A stretch of DNA of 64,000 nt. It comes from Candidatus Pacearchaeota archaeon. GTDB lineage: Archaea; Nanobdellota; Nanobdellia; Pacearchaeales; GW2011-AR1. The stretch is from contig JAGVXH010000004.1 of assembly GCA_018303845.1 (NCBI GenBank), forward strand, positions 261,165-325,164, given 5' to 3'. Both the position numbers and the translations under genes were made by a program. How positions within the stretch are numbered: position 1 is the stretch's first letter; every line of letters begins with the position of its first letter. Under the pieces are notes generated by a model. The model saw only the letters and a list, made by a program, of their open reading frames with translations. It ran no database searches and was not told the origin of the DNA. Shown in pieces: positions 28,453-37,584 of this stretch.

Positions 28453-28670
28453 CTCACCAGAGTTACCTACAGGGTAAAACCAGTTTTTAAGATTCCCAAA
28501 TTCTTAACTCACCAGAGTTACCTACAGGGTAAAACCAGTTTTTAAGATTCCAAAATTCTTAACTCACCAGAGTTACCTACAGGGTAAAACCAGTTTTTAA
28601 GATTCCAAAATTCTTAACTCACCAGAGCTACCTACAGGGTAAAACCAGTTTTTAAGATTCCCAAATTCTT
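28446..28670. repeat. 55-bp tandem repeat, 4 copies plus a partial fifth start
   Basis: The unit ttcttaactcaccagagttacctacagggtaaaaccagtttttaagattcc(c)aaa starts at 28446, 28501, 28556 and 28611, with ttctt again at 28666. There are 1-2 substitutions per copy. Confidence 0.95.
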
Positions 28671-28696
28671 AAAAACCCTCATCTCTAAGTTATAAA

Positions 28697-30466
28697 ATGG
28701 ACAGAAAAGAACTAATAAAAAAATACATCGAATTCTTCAAATCAAAAGGTCATGCACAAATTAAAAATTCATCTCTAGTCCCAGAAAACGATCCAACAGT
28801 TCTATTCACAACAGCAGGAATGCATCCACTAGTTCCATATCTTTTAGGGCAACCACATCCTCAAGGAAAAAGAGTTTGTAATGTCCAACGATGTATAAGA
28901 ACAGGAGACATTGACGAAGTTGGAGACACGACGCATCACACCTTCTTCGAAATGCTTGGCAACTGGTCAATCGGAGACTATTTCAAAAAAGAAGCAATCG
29001 AGATGTCCTACGAATTCTTAACACAAGTTTTAAAATTACCAAAAGAAAGGTTAGCATTCACAGTCTTCGGAGGAGATTCCAACTTCCCGCAAGTTCCAAT
29101 AGATAACGAATCAGCAGACATTTGGGAATCATTAGGAGTAGCAAAAGAAAGAATAGCTTTCCTAAAAGGAGGTGTCGCAACTTCAGAAGATAACTGGTGG
29201 GGACCAGCTGGACAAACAGGACCATGCGGACCATGTACAGAAATGTTTTACTGGAAACCAAATAATATTTCAGCTCCAAAAGTTTACGACCCAACAGACA
29301 AAAACTGGGTAGAAATCTGGAACGACGTTTTAATGGAATACATAAAAGACTCCCAAGGAAATTTCAATAAAGCATCACAGCAAAATGTGGATACGGGAAT
29401 GGGAACCGAGCGAACAATCGCAGTCTTAGACGGTTTCGAAGATAACTATCTAGCAAGTATGTGGCAACCAATAATACAAAAAATAGAACTAATCTCAAAA
29501 CACAAATACAATGAAGATGATTTAGTGAAAAAGTCAATGCGAATAATTGCCGACCATATCAAGGCGGCCGTTTTCATAATCAACGACGGAATAACTCCAG
29601 CGAATTCAGATCAAGGCTATGTCCTAAGAAGACTAATTCGTAGAGCAATCCGTTTCGGAAGAATTCTTGGAATAGAGAAATTCACAACAAAAGTAGCAGA
29701 TGCAATCTATCCAATCTACAATGACTACAATCTAGACGCAGAACGAATTAATCTAGAATTAGAGAAGGAAGAAGAAAACTTTTTAAGAACTTTAGAACAA
29801 GGACTAAGAGTTTTTGAAAAAATAACAGAGCATTCTGATGGCATCTCATCAAAAAACGCTTTCCTTCTCTACCAATCCTATGGCTTTCCAATAGAGATGA
29901 CAGAAGAAATAGCAAGAGAAAAAAACTTACAATTGGACAAGAAAGGTTTTGAGCAAGAAATGAAATCCCATCAAGACCTTTCAAGAACAGCTTCCGCCGG
30001 AAAATTCAAATCAGGACTAGCAGATAACTCCATTGCCACAACAAGACTTCACACAGCCTGCCATATCCTAAACCAAGCATTAAGAGAAGTCCTTCATAAC
30101 AAAAACATTTTTCAAAAAGGCTCCAATATAACACCAGAAAGATTACGTTTTGATTTCAACTTCGACAGAAAATTAACTGAAGAAGAAATCCAAAAAATAG
30201 AAGACCTAGTAAATGAAAAAATTTCTCAAGCACTTCCAGTAGATGTAAAAGAAATGTCAATGCAAGAAGCAAATAAATTAGGAGCAATAGGAGTTTTCGA
30301 AGATAAATACGGAGCAAGAGTGAAAGTGTATTCAATTGGAAATTTCTCCAAAGAACTCTGCGCTGGACCCCATGTGGGAAACACAAAAGAACTCGGAAAA
30401 TTCAAAATCCAAAAAGAAGAATCAAGTTCAGCAGGCGTTAGAAGAATTAAAGCAGTCTTGGAATAA
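28697..30466 (+). CDS. alaS: alanine--tRNA ligase, short bacterial-type form (catalytic plus editing domains, no long C-terminal domain)
   Basis: NDPTVLFTTAGM, RCIRTGD...HHTFFEMLGNWSIGDYFK, editing HxxxH (HTACHILNQAL) and CAGPHV. Only 589 aa. Confidence 0.9.
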   Translation: MDRKELIKKYIEFFKSKGHAQIKNSSLVPENDPTVLFTTAGMHPLVPYLLGQPHPQGKRVCNVQRCIRTGDIDEVGDTTHHTFFEMLGNWSIGDYFKKEAIEMSYEFLTQVLKLPKERLAFTVFGGDSNFPQVPIDNESADIWESLGVAKERIAFLKGGVATSEDNWWGPAGQTGPCGPCTEMFYWKPNNISAPKVYDPTDKNWVEIWNDVLMEYIKDSQGNFNKASQQNVDTGMGTERTIAVLDGFEDNYLASMWQPIIQKIELISKHKYNEDDLVKKSMRIIADHIKAAVFIINDGITPANSDQGYVLRRLIRRAIRFGRILGIEKFTTKVADAIYPIYNDYNLDAERINLELEKEEENFLRTLEQGLRVFEKITEHSDGISSKNAFLLYQSYGFPIEMTEEIAREKNLQLDKKGFEQEMKSHQDLSRTASAGKFKSGLADNSIATTRLHTACHILNQALREVLHNKNIFQKGSNITPERLRFDFNFDRKLTEEEIQKIEDLVNEKISQALPVDVKEMSMQEANKLGAIGVFEDKYGARVKVYSIGNFSKELCAGPHVGNTKELGKFKIQKEESSSAGVRRIKAVLE

Positions 30467-31903
30467 CTATTTCTTTCCCCAATCCTCAACCAATCCCCTC
30501 AACTTCAAATCAGCCTTATTTAACTTCGAAGTATCTGATTTCAAGATATTATCAATCCTCTTTATGTAGTTAGGAATAGTAGACCTTCCAACTTTTAACA
30601 TCTTAGCGATATCTCCATGTTTCTCTTCGTTCCCATTCAAAACCCAAGCCCCAAAAGCCTTCTCAACGCTAGTCCCATTTCCTTTAAGCCCGCAAACATC
30701 AACGCCAGCAAATTTACAAGCCTTATCTAAAAGTTCACTAGAAAAACTCTCCTTTCTAAACATCTCGCCCTGGTCACTTCCCCTCAAAACAGAAACAGCC
30801 TCATCGTATCCAAACTTAACATTAGGATTACACATTGCGTTGAAAACAATAGCATCACTTTCCCCAATAATTTCTCTGAAAGAAGGATTATCCGACAAAC
30901 AATGATTAATACCTCGAGCAACATCTTCAATCAATAAATTCTTAGGAACATCTTTCTTCTTATTCAAATAATCCAAAACAAAATGAGCCCTATCTTCCTC
31001 GCTAATTCCCCTAATCTCAATTGGAATTTTCCAATCAAGCCTACTAGACAAATCCCTAGCTATCTTCTCCCGAAATCCATCCCCTTTTCTATAAAGGTCA
31101 GAAACCATATCCTTGTAACTGCTTAATCCTCCAGTATAAAACATCGCAACAGGAACACCTTTTTCCTCAGCCTCATTAAATAACTTCACAATTCTACTTT
31201 GGGTCCCAGGCAATAACGAACCTTTCTTATTATGCACTTTCCCAAACTCATCCAAAACAATAAACTTAGAATCACTAGCCTCATCAAAATAGCGAGGATT
31301 AGTCCCTCCCCCCCCATATTTAGTCAGCCACCCAATCATTTCATTAACATCAATATAAGCAACAGGAACATTTTCAGAAGTTAACTTTCGAACAAAATGT
31401 TTCGCAATAGCACTCTTTCCAACTCCATTAGTCCCATAAAACAAATACCGTCTATCATCAAATTTCCCCTTAAGAACATCATCCGTAATTATCTCAAGCC
31501 CCTTTTCTGCAATCCTATTCCCCTTATGAGAAAAAAAATAACCATTAACTCTAAATCGTTTTCCCTGCGAAGCTATCCTATTATTATCATAACTAACCGA
31601 AGGATTTATTTTAATTTTATTCCTATCATCGCCAACAAAAAGTTCTTCCCTAGGTTGATTTGAATTATTCCCAATTTCATATATAATCTCTTTCCCATAA
31701 AATTTTTTCAAGCGTTCCCCATAATGTTTCTCAAATTTCTCCAGAGACATTTTATTTCGACCAATCACAACTCCATTATCAATCTTAACCCCAGAAAGCC
31801 ACAGTCGATTAACATGAGGGTCCTTTCCTTTCTCAAGGAATTCATAAACATCTTCCTTTTTCTTCTCCATCATAACACCACAGAACTCTTTCCCCCCAAC
31901 CAA
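30467..31903 (-). CDS. AAA+ ATPase with DnaA/Orc-like core and a DnaA domain-IV-like C-terminal HTH
   Basis: Walker A YGTNGVGKSAIA, Walker B FIVLDEFG, and LSSRLDWKIPIEIRGISEEDRAHFVLDYL (box VII/sensor-like). The C-terminal GDIAKMLKVGRSTIPNYIKRI is preceded by LLDKACKFAGVDVCGLKG. Confidence 0.55.
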   Translation of the reverse strand: MVGGKEFCGVMMEKKKEDVYEFLEKGKDPHVNRLWLSGVKIDNGVVIGRNKMSLEKFEKHYGERLKKFYGKEIIYEIGNNSNQPREELFVGDDRNKIKINPSVSYDNNRIASQGKRFRVNGYFFSHKGNRIAEKGLEIITDDVLKGKFDDRRYLFYGTNGVGKSAIAKHFVRKLTSENVPVAYIDVNEMIGWLTKYGGGGTNPRYFDEASDSKFIVLDEFGKVHNKKGSLLPGTQSRIVKLFNEAEEKGVPVAMFYTGGLSSYKDMVSDLYRKGDGFREKIARDLSSRLDWKIPIEIRGISEEDRAHFVLDYLNKKKDVPKNLLIEDVARGINHCLSDNPSFREIIGESDAIVFNAMCNPNVKFGYDEAVSVLRGSDQGEMFRKESFSSELLDKACKFAGVDVCGLKGNGTSVEKAFGAWVLNGNEEKHGDIAKMLKVGRSTIPNYIKRIDNILKSDTSKLNKADLKLRGLVEDWGKK

Positions 31904-31915
31904 TATTTTAAAAAA

Positions 31916-32332
31916 TCAAGCCTTTAAATTACTTACTACTCGCCTCTCAATCCAACCATCCCAAAGTTCAATAAGTTTCTTTCTCTGATATCCCCCATCC
32001 ACATTATGCCCTATATATAAAACCTCATTATCTTTAGTATTAAGAGTTATGGGCATCTCTCTAGTCACATAATCATCTCTACAAAAAAAATCTCGCTGAG
32101 ATGGGGCCATAATTAAACTACAGCTAGAAATGTCATCGAACCCAACAGAATACAACAAAAGACTAGCTCTAATAAAATCAATATGCCCTCCACTCGCGAT
32201 ATTAGCAGAATTGGTTTTCAAATAAGTAAAATCATCAAAAGACAAATCTCTCTGCCTTAATTCTCTGGCAAAGTCCTCGCGGAGCGCAATCCCAAGTCCA
32301 CTCTCGCCTAAAATTCTATAAAACTCATTCAT
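31916..32332 (-). CDS. hypothetical protein
   Basis: 138 aa ORF immediately upstream of the AAA+ gene on the same strand. Confidence 0.4.
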   Translation of the reverse strand: MNEFYRILGESGLGIALREDFARELRQRDLSFDDFTYLKTNSANIASGGHIDFIRASLLLYSVGFDDISSCSLIMAPSQRDFFCRDDYVTREMPITLNTKDNEVLYIGHNVDGGYQRKKLIELWDGWIERRVVSNLKA

Positions 32333-32603
32333 AAATAGAATAAGAATAGATTGTATATAAGATTATATATGATTCATTTAATCTTTACTTTTCCTCCCAA
32401 CTCATTCGTAAACATTAGTTATCACTCAAATTCCTGAAAAAATAAAAACGAAATAATAAAAAACCAACTCCCAGCCCATTTCATAATTCTATCAACGACT
32501 CGTTCGTCAAAAGTTTCCCCTTTTGAGTTGTCCTATGCACAAACCATCACAATGTCCCTTTTCCTCTTTATGAAATAATAGAGTTAGGGATTTGAATAAC
32601 TAA

Positions 32604-35516
32604 TCACTCTAAATAAATAGAAGCCATTCCGGGTTTGGCTTTGTTCGCTCGTCCAGCAGGATCAATCTTTGTTGAATCATTCACCGCAAAAACCGCAACT
32701 TCTCTAATATCTAATTTCGAATCCCTAATATCTCGAAGAATTTTTTCTTTATCAATCTGACCAATCTCAAACGGCATCACATAAACATAAACTTTCTTTG
32801 TATCCGATTTTAAAATTCCTTTAATTCTCTCAACAATCTTTTCATTTAATCCTTCGCCACTTATCTTTTGCCCCTTATTCTTTATAACTTTCTCGTCAAC
32901 CTTAGGCCAACTGGCAACCGAAATCAATCCCTTTTCCCCAATCTTCTCCCACAATTCCTCCGCGACATGCGGGCAAATCGGAGCAATCAACTTCAAAAAT
33001 TTCAAGCCACTATCTTTAGAACATCCCTTCTCTAACTCCCCAAACAATTCCCGAATCTCAATCGTTGCCTTCCGATATTCAAAACTATCATAATAATTCC
33101 CAATATTTTTAATACAAAGATTCAGCTTAGAAACTAACTCCTCAGAATCTTTTCCGCCTACAAACGAATCATAAAACTCGAAGACTTTCTTAATGAAACG
33201 AGTAGCTCCAAGTATACCCTTTTCCGACCAATCAAAATCCTTATCCGGACTAGCAACCGAAATCAAAAACCATCGCGTTGCATCCACCCCGTATTTCTTC
33301 ATTGTCTCAATTGGCTCAACAACATTTCCAAGACTTTTCGACATCTTCCGCCCATCCTCAGCATGAAGCATCCCCTGATGAAACAACTTCAAAAACGGCT
33401 CGTCAAAATCAAGCGCACCAATATCCCTCAAAAACTTAACATAAAACCGAGAGTAAAGCAAATGCATACAAGCATGTTCAGCCCCGCCAATATAAACATC
33501 AACCGGGTTCCAATACTTCACCTTATCAAAATCAAAAATCTTTTTCGAATTTTTAGGGTCAGCATATCTCAAAAAATACCAACTCGAATTAACAAACGTA
33601 TCCATCGTGTCACTTTCTCGTCGACCTTTCCCACCACACTTCGGGCATTTACAATTCAACCACTCACTATTAGTCTCAAGCGGATTGCCCTTCCCAAACT
33701 TAACCTCCTTAGGTAAAACAACAGGCAAATCTTTTTCAGGGACTGGCACAGCACCACACCCATCACAATAAACAATCGGAATCGGCGTCCCCCAATATCT
33801 CTGACGACTAACTCCCCAATCTCGTAACTTAAAATTCACAACTCGCTTAGCATTACCTTTTCCCGCTAACCAATTCGTAATATCCGTCTTTGCTTCCAAG
33901 CTACTCATGCCACTAAACTGCTTAGACGCCATCAAAACACCATCATCGACAAACGCTTCTTTCCCGGTATACCTATTCTTAAAATCCAAAGGATCCTTAT
34001 TCGTAACAACCTGCCGAACAGAAATCCCATACTTCTTCGCAAACTCAAAATCCCTCTTGTCATGCGCCGGAACTCCCATAACCATACCACTCCCATAATC
34101 AGCCAAAACAAAATTTCCAATCCAAATCGGAACTCTCTCACCATTTGCCGGATTAACCGCATAACTCCCGCTAAAAACCCCTTCCTTCTCTCGCCTCTCA
34201 ATATCCTTCTCCGAAACAGAATTCATTTTCCTCAAATATTCATCAACAGCTAATCGCTGCTCATTCGTCACCAACTCATCTAACTTATCATGCCCAGCCG
34301 CAACAACCATAAACGTAACCCCAAAAATCGTATCCGGCCTAGTCGTAAAAACCTTCCAAACATTTCCAGATTCGCGCGCATTGGCGGAAATTTGTGGCTT
34401 AATCTTGGAGTCAATAAATTCTTTCACCTTCTTAACATCTCCATTATAAGGCACAACATCAATTCCCAAAGATTTAGCAGAGTCAACTCCATCCTCAGAG
34501 TGTTCAAAATAAACAACATTTTCTTTTTTCAAATTGAATTCCTCTAAAACTTTTTCATAATACTTAGGAGAACTCTTTTTCGGATTAAACTCCGTAGTAA
34601 AAATCTCATAATCCTTAACCTTCCCAAAAAACAAATCAAACTTACTTTTAGGAGCCATAGTCAAAACAATCTTCCTATTAGGCAAAGAATCCAAATAATT
34701 CTTCAACTCTTGATTAACGTTTCCTTTTTCATCAACCAAACAATGAACAGCATCAACTAAAATAACTTTATCTGTGCTAATCTGTGAAATCTGTGGCTCA
34801 CCCCCAGAAATTTCGAAAGAAATTTCCGTCCCTTCGCTTCGCCCAATCCAATTCCTCTGCATAGTCTTAGTCCTCTCAGGCCAGTCAATTCTTTCTAAAT
34901 CATTAAGCAACTCCTCAGCATATTCAGTCGTCCTAAAAAACCACTGCCGAAGCTTTCGAACCTCAACATCAGTATCCTCGTGTCTCCAGCATTTTCCTTC
35001 ATTGACCTGCTCATTCGCCAAAACCGTATCACACTTAGGACACCAATTTACCGAAGCTTCCTTTTGATAAGCCAACCCCTTTTCAAGCATCTTCAAAAAA
35101 ATCCACTGGTCCCACTTATAATATTCACTATTCGCAGTATTAACCATTCGTGACCAATCATAAGAAACACCAAGTGCTCTCTGTTGCTTTACAAAATTTT
35201 CAATCGCATCATTAGTATACTTCTCTGGGTCAACCCCAGCCTTAATCGCAGCATTTTCCGCAGGAAGCCCCAAAGCATCAAACCCCATAGGATGCAAAAC
35301 ATTGAAACCTTTCATAATCTTAAACCGAGCCAAAATATCTCCAATCGTATAATTCAAAGCATGTCCCATATGAAGCCCAGCCCCGGAAGGATAAGGAAAC
35401 ATTTCCAAAACATAAAATTTTTCTTTTCCAGAATCTTCACTAATCTCAAAAACCCTTTTCTCTTCCCAAGTCTTCTGCCACTTTTTCTCTATACTTACAA
35501 AATCAATTTCATCCAT
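32604..35516 (-). CDS. leuS: leucine--tRNA ligase, bacterial type, with an extra in-frame insert of about 143 aa
   Basis: PYPSGAGLHMGHALNY (HIGH), RNWIGRSEG, TTRPDTIFG, the CP1 editing region and KMSKS. 970 aa; the insert lies at 34368-34796 between RSEGTEISF and VFTTRPDT. Confidence 0.9.
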   Translation of the reverse strand: MDEIDFVSIEKKWQKTWEEKRVFEISEDSGKEKFYVLEMFPYPSGAGLHMGHALNYTIGDILARFKIMKGFNVLHPMGFDALGLPAENAAIKAGVDPEKYTNDAIENFVKQQRALGVSYDWSRMVNTANSEYYKWDQWIFLKMLEKGLAYQKEASVNWCPKCDTVLANEQVNEGKCWRHEDTDVEVRKLRQWFFRTTEYAEELLNDLERIDWPERTKTMQRNWIGRSEGTEISFEISGGEPQISQISTDKVILVDAVHCLVDEKGNVNQELKNYLDSLPNRKIVLTMAPKSKFDLFFGKVKDYEIFTTEFNPKKSSPKYYEKVLEEFNLKKENVVYFEHSEDGVDSAKSLGIDVVPYNGDVKKVKEFIDSKIKPQISANARESGNVWKVFTTRPDTIFGVTFMVVAAGHDKLDELVTNEQRLAVDEYLRKMNSVSEKDIERREKEGVFSGSYAVNPANGERVPIWIGNFVLADYGSGMVMGVPAHDKRDFEFAKKYGISVRQVVTNKDPLDFKNRYTGKEAFVDDGVLMASKQFSGMSSLEAKTDITNWLAGKGNAKRVVNFKLRDWGVSRQRYWGTPIPIVYCDGCGAVPVPEKDLPVVLPKEVKFGKGNPLETNSEWLNCKCPKCGGKGRRESDTMDTFVNSSWYFLRYADPKNSKKIFDFDKVKYWNPVDVYIGGAEHACMHLLYSRFYVKFLRDIGALDFDEPFLKLFHQGMLHAEDGRKMSKSLGNVVEPIETMKKYGVDATRWFLISVASPDKDFDWSEKGILGATRFIKKVFEFYDSFVGGKDSEELVSKLNLCIKNIGNYYDSFEYRKATIEIRELFGELEKGCSKDSGLKFLKLIAPICPHVAEELWEKIGEKGLISVASWPKVDEKVIKNKGQKISGEGLNEKIVERIKGILKSDTKKVYVYVMPFEIGQIDKEKILRDIRDSKLDIREVAVFAVNDSTKIDPAGRANKAKPGMASIYLE

Positions 35517-35546
35517 CTAACTCAATCTTTTCGCGATTTAAAAATT

Positions 35547-35798
35547 CTATTGTTCCTCAAGCATACTAGTCTTTCCTCTCGAAAAAGACATTTTCTTAGA
35601 GGTCCTATTAGTCTTCTCAAATTCAAGCCTTTTGCCAATGTCTTCGTCATAAGAAAAATCCCATCCAAAAGGATTCGAATTTACCAAATCATAAACTCCT
35701 TTCAAATCATATTTCTTGCCATGCCTCTCTCCACTTTTCAAAATTTCAAACTGCTTACCAACCCGATTAAAATAAATAATTTCCCTATATTCTCCCAT
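35547..35798 (-). CDS. hypothetical protein
   Basis: 83 aa ORF with no recognised motif. Confidence 0.35.
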   Translation of the reverse strand: MGEYREIIYFNRVGKQFEILKSGERHGKKYDLKGVYDLVNSNPFGWDFSYDEDIGKRLEFEKTNRTSKKMSFSRGKTSMLEEQ

Positions 35799-36013
35799 CT
35801 ACATCAACCTCCTTACAAATTCATTACGAAAAAAATATTGAGCAACCATCTTAAAATAAAACAGTCGCAGCTCTAGGCGAGTGCGACACTGGCGACCAGC
35901 AACAAAACCAAAACGAAGTTACCATTCGACATATTCATAATAATAAATAACAATCAAACTTTAAAAAACTTATCTTAAGAAAAATATATAACCTATGTTA
36001 CTCTTAAACTCTA

Positions 36014-36580
36014 ATGAAAATCCTAACAATCCTCGCCCATCCTTCAAAAGACTCCTTTAATCATGCTCTTTTACGGCAATATATCAAAGGGACAAAACAA
36101 AATCACCAAGTAAAAACAATATACTTAGGCGACCTAAAATTCGACCCAATCCTCCACGAAGGTTACAAAAAAATCCAAACGCTAGAACCCGACTTACTAG
36201 ACGCCCAAAAAAAAATTCTCTGGGCAGACAAAATCACAATCTTTACCCCAATCTGGTGGACAACCCCTCCGGCACTCTTTAAGGGATTTATCGAAAGAAC
36301 CCTCCACCCAACTTTTGCCTTTAATAATCCTAGTGGCAATAAATACGAAAAACTCCTAAAGGGAAGAAACGCAAGAATAATCGCAACAATGGACGCTCCA
36401 CTTTTATATTATAAATTTATAGTCGGCGACCCACTCTACAAGCAAATGAAAGGCACCCTCTCCTTTTGCGGAATATCTCCAATCCAAAAAACCTACATCT
36501 CTAGTCTAAAATTTAAAACAAACAAACAAACAAACGAAATACTAAAACAAATTTACAAAGTAGGTTTAAACGAAAAATAA
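36014..36580 (+). CDS. flavodoxin-like-fold NAD(P)H dehydrogenase (quinone) family protein
   Basis: MKILTILAHPSKDSFNHALL N-terminus and IFTPIWWTTPPALFKGFIER, typical of the Flavodoxin_2 / NQO-like family. Confidence 0.75.
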   Translation: MKILTILAHPSKDSFNHALLRQYIKGTKQNHQVKTIYLGDLKFDPILHEGYKKIQTLEPDLLDAQKKILWADKITIFTPIWWTTPPALFKGFIERTLHPTFAFNNPSGNKYEKLLKGRNARIIATMDAPLLYYKFIVGDPLYKQMKGTLSFCGISPIQKTYISSLKFKTNKQTNEILKQIYKVGLNEK

Positions 36581-36655
36581 AATCCGTGTAAATCTCGCGT
36601 AATCTCGTGACCAACAACACTATCTAATTTCTAATCTCTATCGCCTAAAATCTAG
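36578..36655. repeat. AATCCGTGT-type motif run followed by a TAATCTC-type run
   Basis: aaaatccgtgtaaatctcgcgtaatctcgtgacc at 36578-36612, and ctaatttctaatctctatcgcctaaaatctag at 36624-36655. Confidence 0.85.
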
Positions 36656-36797
36656 TCAAGCCTCTTCTCCAATTCCCTAACCCTATCTCTCAAATACATA
36701 GCCCTCTTCACCAATCCAACAACTCCGCCGCTTCTCGCATATTAGCCTCCAACTCAATAATCACATTAGCAACCTCAGCCTTAGGAATCCCCTTAAC
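36652..36797 (-). pseudogene. diverged duplicate of the uvrB 3' end (UVR-domain codons) with a frameshift
   Basis: The minus strand reads KGIPKAEVANVIIELEANMREAAELLD, then a frameshift, then KRAMYLRDRVRELEKRLD*. The intact UvrB has SIPKAEVKNVIIELEADMREAAEMLDFERAMYLRDRVRELNKRLEK*. Confidence 0.8.
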
Positions 36798-37211
36798 TCA
36801 CCTCTAATCAAAGCATTAACATTTTTTCTTCGAAAAAATCGTTAGACAAATTCCTCCAGAATTCATATAAGAAATTTTGGCCCCAACATTCCGCAATTAG
36901 GGGTCTGCCGAGCGGCCGTAAATGGTGATTCCCTCAAATTTCAATCTATAATAACTTGCCCAACCCCAAAACTTTTAAATCATGTTACCACTACAAAATG
37001 TATAAATTAAAAAATATCCACACCACATAGAGAGTCCCACCGATTACGATTAGTAATTCCCAAGAAATACGTGGATAAAGAGAAGAAATACCAAGTCAAA
37101 GATATTTCAAAAGAGTTTTATCTTAGACTTGTCTATATAAAATAAAATTTTTACAGCGGAATATTAGTATTTAGAATTTATATTACACATAACTTACAAA
37201 AAGGAGAAAAA

Positions 37212-37403
37212 ATGAATAAAAATCCAAAAAAATCCAATTTCTTAATTACCATAATTTCAATAATGGCAATAACAGTCATTACACTATTTTTAGCAGTCAT
37301 TGGAGGTAAAAAGAGAAAAAAAACTCTGGAAAGGATAGCAAATGACAAAACCGCCTCACTTGGTATCAGAATCCAAGCCAGCAACTTAAGCAAAAAAATG
37401 TAA
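37212..37403 (+). CDS. small single-TM protein
   Basis: 63 aa with AGGAG 7 nt upstream of the ATG. One hydrophobic helix and then a basic segment. Followed by a hairpin and a T-run. Confidence 0.45.
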   Translation: MNKNPKKSNFLITIISIMAITVITLFLAVIGGKKRKKTLERIANDKTASLGIRIQASNLSKKM

Positions 37404-37407
37404 CATA

Positions 37408-37441
37408 GAAAGAGCCCGCGCCCACAAGCAAAGGCTCTTTC
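37408..37441 (+). terminator. stem-loop followed by a T-run downstream of the small ORF
   Basis: gaaagagcc (37408-37416) pairs with ggctctttc (37433-37441), and tttttt follows within 10 nt. The role is inferred. Confidence 0.35.
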
Positions 37442-37547
37442 GACCCATTTTTTATTTCAAGAAAATTATATTCTTTAAGATACTATATTAAATTAGATAT
37501 TTTAACAGTCCTTTTTATTTCCCAAATCAACATATTCCACCAACCTC

Positions 37548-37584
37548 AAAAGTCCGTGCCAGTCCATGAAGTCCGTGGTTAAAA
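37548..37584. repeat. AGTCCGTGN x3 motif run directly behind the uvrB stop
   Basis: aaaagtccgtgccagtccatgaagtccgtggttaaaa. The uvrB stop codon is at 37585-37587. Confidence 0.85.

Noticed and set aside
28446-28670. The 55-bp repeat array as a CRISPR locus.
   Set aside because: The copies are directly head to tail with no unique spacers, and no cas genes are nearby. It is a plain tandem repeat.
36895-36945. ggggtctgccgagcggccgtaaatggtgattccc resembles the acceptor and D-arm of a class II tRNA (Ser/Leu type). It could be a tRNA fragment, att-site remnant or split-tRNA half.
   Set aside because: I could not find a complementary anticodon stem, a T-arm or a 3' acceptor strand. No GC-rich pairing leader of the kind seen in split tRNAs is present. 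It remains unexplained and not annotatable.
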